Below are positions 58,580 through 64,000 of a DNA stretch of 64,000 nucleotides, piece by piece. The notes below the pieces were generated by a model. The model worked only from the letters and a program-made list of their open reading frames with translations. It made no database searches and had not been told where the DNA came from. Both the position numbers and the translations under genes were made by a program. This DNA comes from a virus. Within the stretch, counting starts at the first letter, position 1; each line of letters begins with the position of its first letter. The DNA lies in the IMG/VR virus record IMGVR_UViG_3300018878_000100; one strand, given 5' to 3'.

Positions 58580-59177
58580 ATGTGCAAATAGCCCACCCAG
58601 TAGATGTACCATCTTTGTTAATATATGGAATAGCAACTTTCCATCCATTAGCAGTTCCATCAACATTGACATATGGTATTGCACTCTTCCATCCATTGGC
58701 AGTTCCATCAATATTAATGCGAACTAATCCTCCACCATTAATCACTGTACCTCCATAAGTAGAGCTATCTCCTCGGTTTCTGATAATAACAATAGTAGGA
58801 TTTGATTTACGAACAAAATGAAATCTAAAAGTTACTGTTGACCCAGCGGCTACATATACTCCTCCAAATGTAAAAGTTTTTTGTTCCGTATTATAATAGT
58901 TTCCTCCGCTAGTTTTATTGCTTACAGTAATTGTATTGGACGTATGCGATGTTCCGTTAGAATCAGTAACAGTTACATAAACATCATATGCATATCCATA
59001 TCCAGTAACAGTATCTCCCTAATTGTATGTTCCATTACCTGAAGCAAGACCTATTCTGCATGCAGTTATTAGTTGAGGTGTAGAACCAGTATTTTTATAT
59101 TTGAGTAAATTTCTACTATAAGTAGCATCTATGCCCTAATAAGAAAAACTCCAATCACTATGAGTACTCCATCCCAT
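58578..59177 (-). CDS. Hypothetical 199-aa protein with C-terminal tandem repeats of about 15 aa, read through 2 TAG codons
   Basis: The minus-strand ATG at 59177 has an AGGAGAAAAG site. The frame is exactly 600 nt and ends at TAA (the complement of 58578-58580). CTA on the + strand at about 59136 and 59021 gives TAG in frame. The repeats are NIDGTANGWKSAIPYV, NVDGTANGWKVAIPYI and NKDGTSTGWAI. Confidence 0.5.
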
Positions 59178-59199
59178 TATCTTTTCTCCTTTATCTCTT

Positions 59200-59250
59200 T
59201 TTTAATAAAAAATTTGGTGAAGTAAAAATATAAAATTACTTCACCAAATT
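59200..59250 (-). terminator. Rho-independent terminator on the minus strand
   Basis: AATTTGGTGAAGTAA pairs with TTACTTCACCAAATT. On the minus strand a T-rich tract follows. Confidence 0.5.
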
Positions 59251-59255
59251 ATGGT

Positions 59256-59726
59256 TTAGACAGGAACCTCATCGTCAGTCTTTAAAGGTAAAGCAATTGC
59301 CTTATTATAATAAGTTTCAGCTTGACCATTTCCACCTAAGCCTTTATATAATTTATAGAATTCCATTAATTGTTCCATCTGGGATTCAGTAATGTATTCT
59401 TGGCGTAAAAATCCTTTGCACAATTGGATTAAACGGAAACGGTAAGAAGCAACAATTAAGTTCATATGAGATTTCTCTAAGTTCTCATTGTCGCGGCAAT
59501 ACTTTCTTAAATCTTCTAATTCTTGATAAATTGGTTCTAATTCAACTTCAATGTGAGTACCAATTCTTTCATCAAGCTTTTGTTCTGCAATAATACGAGC
59601 ATTTTCTTCGGCTTGGAGTTTTTCTTTCTTTAATTTATCACCATGCCATTTTGCCCAACCCATTACAATAGCACTAATTAGACCGAACAAAATTTCTGTT
59701 CCCCACTCTGCTAAAAGAGCTTCCAT
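59256..59726 (-). CDS. Hypothetical 156-aa protein with an N-terminal transmembrane helix and a coiled-coil
   Basis: The ORF is intact with a GGGGGAAAAC site upstream on the minus strand. Confidence 0.5.
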   Translation of the reverse strand: MEALLAEWGTEILFGLISAIVMGWAKWHGDKLKKEKLQAEENARIIAEQKLDERIGTHIEVELEPIYQELEDLRKYCRDNENLEKSHMNLIVASYRFRLIQLCKGFLRQEYITESQMEQLMEFYKLYKGLGGNGQAETYYNKAIALPLKTDDEVPV

Positions 59727-59793
59727 AATAAAAGTTTTCCCCCTTTCAACTTCTCTATTGGATAATAAAAGAAGTGAAAGAGGGATTATCTAG

Positions 59794-60279
59794 TTAAGAC
59801 CAATCGAATACTTCGACTTTATTATTTACATAGTGAGCACCAATACAAATAGCATCACACTCATCTTGAGTAGGTTTTACACCATAAGTTTTTTCAACCC
59901 AAGCCTATGCGGCTTTCTTCTGGGCTGGACGGTCTTTACCCTTAATACCAAGAGTAGATTTCCAAACGGTTGAAAGAACTGCGGTTCGAGGCATCTTTAA
60001 TGTTACAAATAATTCATATAAAACACCAAAGACTTCTGCTAATGCTTTAAAAGTTTGAACATTGTTTGCAACATTGCCTTGAAGCTAAATATCTTCAAAA
60101 ACAACTTCATCAATATCATATTCATTAATGAGTTGATTTACTTTACTCCGAATAAAGTGAAGTCTATCTCCAACATCAGAATGGTCAGCAGTAAACTTAC
60201 CATATTTTAGAAGCTTACCATCTTCAAATATGGCCCAGCCGCTTGTTCGGCTTGCCTAGTCTAATGCTAAAAGACGCAT
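59794..60279 (-). CDS. ruvC: RuvC-like Holliday junction resolvase of about 161 aa, read through 3 TAG codons
   Basis: The minus-strand translation is MRLLALD(Q)ASRTSGWAIFEDGKLLKYGKF…VVFEDI(Q)LQGNVANN…AA(Q)AWVEKTYG…DECDAICIGAHY…*. The fold motif and catalytic acidic residues are in place. The three CTA on the + strand are in-frame TAG. The stop is TAA. The start overlaps the dUTPase stop in TAATG. Confidence 0.8.
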
Positions 60280-60818
60280 TACTTAGATGTGGAGCCAAAA
60301 CCGCCAGTGCGCTCTCCACCTGCGACGTCATCTTCAGTAACGCCATAGGGAAGAATAATAGCCTGACCAATGGCCTCTCCCTTTTTAATCTGAATATTAA
60401 ATGGAGATAGATTATAAATCTGGAAGAAAATTTCTCCTTCATTATCGGGATTGTTATAATAGTCAGCATCAATAACGCCGATACCATTACCCATCATTAA
60501 CCAATATTTTAGAGGAGAAGAGCTACGAACACTCAACTGTAACCAAGTAGTCGGGTCAAGTTTGCATTTCATTCCAGTAGAAACAAGAGTTGGCTTGAAA
60601 CCAGTCTCTTTTGTAAATTTAGACATAAGGTCCATAGTTACGAACTCATCATCGCCTACAGGCCATAATTCTTTAGCTTCTGCAACCATTTGCCATACAG
60701 AAGGAATTATATAATCCTCTGCGGCAACCATATCATATCCTGCGGACTGTGCAGTCTTTCTGACCGGCATAGCGATGTCCACATCTATATATTTAGAAAC
60801 TTTTTCAAAAATAGCCAT
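60279..60818 (-). CDS. dut: dUTP diphosphatase (trimeric dUTPase)
   Basis: dUTPase motifs are present (RSSSPLK, GVIDADY, GGFGSTS). The 179-aa ORF is intact. Confidence 0.9.
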   Translation of the reverse strand: MAIFEKVSKYIDVDIAMPVRKTAQSAGYDMVAAEDYIIPSVWQMVAEAKELWPVGDDEFVTMDLMSKFTKETGFKPTLVSTGMKCKLDPTTWLQLSVRSSSPLKYWLMMGNGIGVIDADYYNNPDNEGEIFFQIYNLSPFNIQIKKGEAIGQAIILPYGVTEDDVAGGERTGGFGSTSK

Positions 60819-60823
60819 TTTTA

Positions 60824-61066
60824 TTAACCCCTTTCATAAGACACAACAAACATATCTTCGGGGTCTTTTTCTGCAGTAAACTGCTTAGTAGCTTGAACTA
60901 CCATATATTCTTCAACCACTTGACCCTTAGCCTTAATCTGCTTTACTTTATAGCTAAAGCCAACTAAATCAAAACAAGGGTCATTTAAAAGCTCTTCATG
61001 TAAAGCTTCAACTGCGGCCTCATCGGGCACTCTATAAGTATCAACAGCTTTTAACAAATATCTCAT
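60824..61066 (-). CDS. Hypothetical 80-aa protein
   Basis: The ORF is intact and lies 5 nt upstream of dut on the minus strand. Confidence 0.5.
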   Translation of the reverse strand: MRYLLKAVDTYRVPDEAAVEALHEELLNDPCFDLVGFSYKVKQIKAKGQVVEEYMVVQATKQFTAEKDPEDMFVVSYERG

Positions 61067-61316
61067 TTTATTACCTCTACTTTATAATTATATTCACTGA
61101 CCATTAACATATCAAGTAACATATAGCACATATTAATATTGCCAGATATTTTAATATTATTTATTAAGTATTTTTCACATAGCAATATAATATCTTCTGT
61201 TATTTGCTAAATATTATTGGTATTATTAGTTTTATCCATAATTAAAATTTCATTTTCATATATACAAGTTTGGTAATTATTATTATCTATGAAAAAAATA
61301 TATAAATATTTATCCA
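61067..61316. promoter_or_regulatory. AT-rich intergenic region of 250 bp within the minus-strand module; a putative promoter or other regulatory region
   Basis: The region is more than 80% A+T and has no ORF. It is flanked by minus-strand genes. Confidence 0.3.
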
Positions 61317-61595
61317 TTATTTAATTACCTCTACTTCAATATTATTCCAATTATAATGTTTCTTTGAATAAGCAAGAATGTCCTCAGACACAGCTGCTCC
61401 ATAAACACTATTGCCAGCAAGAGTTACTTTATATACTTTTCTTGCATCACAAATAGCACTAATTACTTCTGGTAGCTCTTCCAAAGTGGTAATTGCTACA
61501 CACTCTTTGTCACCAGTACTTGGATTTACAACATAAACATTCTGATGTAAATCAAACATATGAATTTCGCAATATACTCTTTTCATTTCATTCAC
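61317..61595 (-). CDS. Hypothetical 92-aa protein
   Basis: The ORF is intact and overlaps the upstream gene by 8 nt. Confidence 0.5.
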   Translation of the reverse strand: MNEMKRVYCEIHMFDLHQNVYVVNPSTGDKECVAITTLEELPEVISAICDARKVYKVTLAGNSVYGAAVSEDILAYSKKHYNWNNIEVEVIK

Positions 61596-62082
61596 CTACC
61601 TGAACAATTCCACTATCATAGGGGAATAAGTATAAACAAGTTGGTTCACCGTCTTGAGGCTGAACCCAAATCTCAACGGCATCGCCAGCCGCAGTCAAAT
61701 CCATAGCTTTAACTAAACCAACATTTAAACAGCAATCAAGAACATCTTCACCAAGATATTGAGGTTCAATAATCTTAAATACTGTGAAATAAGAAATTTC
61801 TTTACCATACAACATAAAATATTTATTATGGTAAGTTTCATATAAGGTCCAAATATCATCCATCGCCTTACTAAAATCTTCAAGAATAGGCAATTGAGAA
61901 ATGATTTGTTTATTCATATCATATAGACCCATATTAATACCGCCGCTCTCCATCTTGATTTCATTCCAGGCACCTTCGTGCCAAATCATATATTTACCTT
62001 CAGGAGTCTGAACTAACTCACCTTCGGTAGGAGTGTAGCGGATTTGAGAAGGGTCAATCTTCTTGATTTTTAGGTCACCCAT
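61588..62082 (-). CDS. Hypothetical 164-aa protein
   Basis: The ORF is intact with a GGAGAG site. Confidence 0.55.
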   Translation of the reverse strand: MGDLKIKKIDPSQIRYTPTEGELVQTPEGKYMIWHEGAWNEIKMESGGINMGLYDMNKQIISQLPILEDFSKAMDDIWTLYETYHNKYFMLYGKEISYFTVFKIIEPQYLGEDVLDCCLNVGLVKAMDLTAAGDAVEIWVQPQDGEPTCLYLFPYDSGIVQVGE

Positions 62083-62121
62083 ATCAAATCTCTCCTTTAT
62101 CTCATTTATACTAATATTATA

Positions 62122-62604
62122 TCAATTTTTTTTAGATAAGTCAATTATTCTCTGATTACGTGAACCTCTCATTTCAAGAGTAATATCACGCTCTTCTTCA
62201 ATATAAGGACCATCAATTAGGTAATCCGCAAGCTCTAGCGCATGCCGCACTTGAGGATGACTTGCGTGTTGTAGTTGTTCATATGTATAACCACTCCAGA
62301 TATATATCTTTGCTCCTGGAACTTTCTCTTTAACCTCTTTGACTACCAAATAGGTAAGGAAAGCATTTTCGTCACAAAGAGGTTCACCGCCCATGATACA
62401 CAAATTTCTCTGTATACCCTGGGCGGTCAGTCCGGAAATAATCTCATTTAAAGTCCCAGTAGTAAATTCTTTTCCTCGGTTGAAATCCCAAGTTTCTGGA
62501 TTATGGCAGCCTTTACATCTATGCGGACAGCCTTGTGTAAAAAAGCTCACACAAAGACCGGGGGCCGCAGAAATATCATTTAAAATTAAACCACTATAAT
62601 TCAA
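62122..62604 (-). CDS. nrdG: Anaerobic ribonucleoside-triphosphate reductase activating protein (radical SAM)
   Basis: The radical-SAM motif CPHRCKGCHNPETW (CxxxCxxC) is present. The gene lies adjacent to nrdD. Confidence 0.9.
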   Translation of the reverse strand: MNYSGLILNDISAAPGLCVSFFTQGCPHRCKGCHNPETWDFNRGKEFTTGTLNEIISGLTAQGIQRNLCIMGGEPLCDENAFLTYLVVKEVKEKVPGAKIYIWSGYTYEQLQHASHPQVRHALELADYLIDGPYIEEERDITLEMRGSRNQRIIDLSKKN

Positions 62605-62654
62605 GGGAATTTACTCCTTTCGTATGAGCGTAGCTAACTTGTAGTTAGCTACGA

Positions 62655-64000
62655 TTAACTAAATTTACTATGTTTGATGCGGTGTTCAACCTCTGACTGT
62701 TTTCCTTTGTTAAAATGATGATAGTCAGTAGTTAAATAACCAGTAACACGACGCAGCTGTTGAATGTTCTCACTGCCGCACTCGGGACAAGCATCATTGA
62801 ACTCGCCCTGGTAGCCGCAATCTAAACAAGAGTCGATTGGGAAATTAAAAGCTAAATAAGGAATATTTAGTTCTTTAAATGCGTAGTCAATAATCTGCTC
62901 AATAGCCTTGGTATTCTTTACAAATGTAGAATCTAATTCAACATAAGTAATGCATCCGCCAGTAGGATACTTACAGAAAGGAGACTCAACAGCTAATTTC
63001 TCAAAGATACCAATTTCATACCATACAGGAACATGGTGACTATTGGTTAAGAACTCATGGTCAGTAACATTAGGAATAATACCATACTGCTGACGCAAAG
63101 CCTTTAATGCGGTATGACATAAACCTTCGGCGGGAGTTGCATAGCAAGAGAAGTTTAAGTCATGGCGCTCAGAAGCTTCTTTAGCGTATTCGTTAATTCT
63201 CTTAACAACTTTCAAAGCGAACTCGCGCACATTCTCATCTTCAGCATGATTCTTGCCGAATAGAGCCTGACACATTTCTGCGATACCAATATAACCCATA
63301 GCCAAAGTACCATGCTTCAAAGCCTCATAGTTAGATACTCGGCAGCTTTGAGAATCCTTCATTGTACCATTCTGATACATAAAAGGTGCGGCCTCGGGTG
63401 GCTGATTAACCATAATATCGAAACGCTCCAAAAGACCTTGCTCACAAAGCATCAATAAATCCTCGAATGCAGACCAGAAGCCGTCTAAATCCGGGGTCTC
63501 ACGCTTGCCTAAACAAATTCCGTATTCAATACCTAATTTGGGCAAAATCATAGTATCAGGAACAAGGTTTCCACGACCGACACGATTATAAGAATCACTA
63601 TGTCTGTCATAACCAAGCATTGTGCGGCAACCCATAGTTGCGAAATATGTGTCTGGATTACTTAAATCTTCATGTGCTTCAGAATAATCACAATTGACAA
63701 AGTTAGGATAAATGCGCTTACTCAAAGACTCAATAGCTAATTTCTTTAAATCATAGTTAGGGTCTTCGGGATTAGCATTGCAGCCCTGCTTATATTGGAA
63801 AATACTAATTGGGAAAATAGGAGTTAAGTGATGTTTACCAATACCAGCCAAAGAAGCCTTTAACATATGTTCACTTACAAAGCGACCCTCAGTAGAAGTA
63901 TCACGACCGAAGTTAATAGAAGTGAAAGGAACCTGGCTGCCCGCACGGGACTCCAAAGTATTTAAGTTATGATACATAGCCTCAGAAGCTTGAGTTCCCT
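62655..64000 (-). CDS. nrdD: Anaerobic ribonucleoside-triphosphate reductase (class III), C-terminal about 448 aa. The N-terminus lies beyond the window end.
   Basis: A Zn-ribbon (CLDCGYQGEF…CPECGS) and the glycyl-radical motif RRVTGYL are present. The frame is open to the window edge. Confidence 0.9.
   Translation of the reverse strand, partial: GTQASEAMYHNLNTLESRAGSQVPFTSINFGRDTSTEGRFVSEHMLKASLAGIGKHHLTPIFPISIFQYKQGCNANPEDPNYDLKKLAIESLSKRIYPNFVNCDYSEAHEDLSNPDTYFATMGCRTMLGYDRHSDSYNRVGRGNLVPDTMILPKLGIEYGICLGKRETPDLDGFWSAFEDLLMLCEQGLLERFDIMVNQPPEAAPFMYQNGTMKDSQSCRVSNYEALKHGTLAMGYIGIAEMCQALFGKNHAEDENVREFALKVVKRINEYAKEASERHDLNFSCYATPAEGLCHTALKALRQQYGIIPNVTDHEFLTNSHHVPVWYEIGIFEKLAVESPFCKYPTGGCITYVELDSTFVKNTKAIEQIIDYAFKELNIPYLAFNFPIDSCLDCGYQGEFNDACPECGSENIQQLRRVTGYLTTDYHHFNKGKQSEVEHRIKHSKFS

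Overview
This window is most of the late/structural module of a low-GC, siphovirus-like phage genome, on the + strand from 1 to about 58.5 kb. A convergent early module lies on the - strand from 58.6 to 64 kb and carries anaerobic RNR nrdD/nrdG, dUTPase, a RuvC-like resolvase and small unknown ORFs. Host-type signals (AGGAGG ribosome-binding sites, TTGACA-17-TATAAT promoters, anaerobic RNR) point to an anaerobic Firmicutes host; this is inference.

The dominant signal is systematic in-frame TAG (amber) codons inside clearly coding genes. About 129 TAGs interrupt 18 to 20 genes without ever shifting the frame. All genes terminate with TAA or TGA. The supplied six-frame ORF track therefore fragments most genes, and I re-joined them by reading through TAG.

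Examples: the TP901-family tape measure protein is one 9.3-kb frame (2488..11763) with about 51 TAGs. A 7.6-kb frame (11888..19531) carries about 17 TAGs. The RuvC-like gene on the opposite strand carries 3. This fits amber-to-sense reassignment, most plausibly glutamine (code-15-like), as reported for some gut phages.

The TAG distribution is highly non-uniform. An island of about 12.8 kb (30581..43340) has zero TAG in about 4160 codons, including a 2683-aa BspA-type LRR giant protein. Gene 27550..29031 and the module 56413..58532 are also TAG-free. Most - strand early genes are TAG-free as well.

Other content:
- A diversified host-recognition region holds three tail-fibre-like genes and two paralogous LamG-domain receptor-binding-like genes.
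- There are tandem small paralogs and many strong rho-independent terminators.
- Two perfect sigma-A consensus promoters sit inside the late module.
- A short non-coding region carries GGTCC repeats.

No tRNA (including an amber suppressor), CRISPR array, integrase, transposase or reverse transcriptase was recognised in this window.
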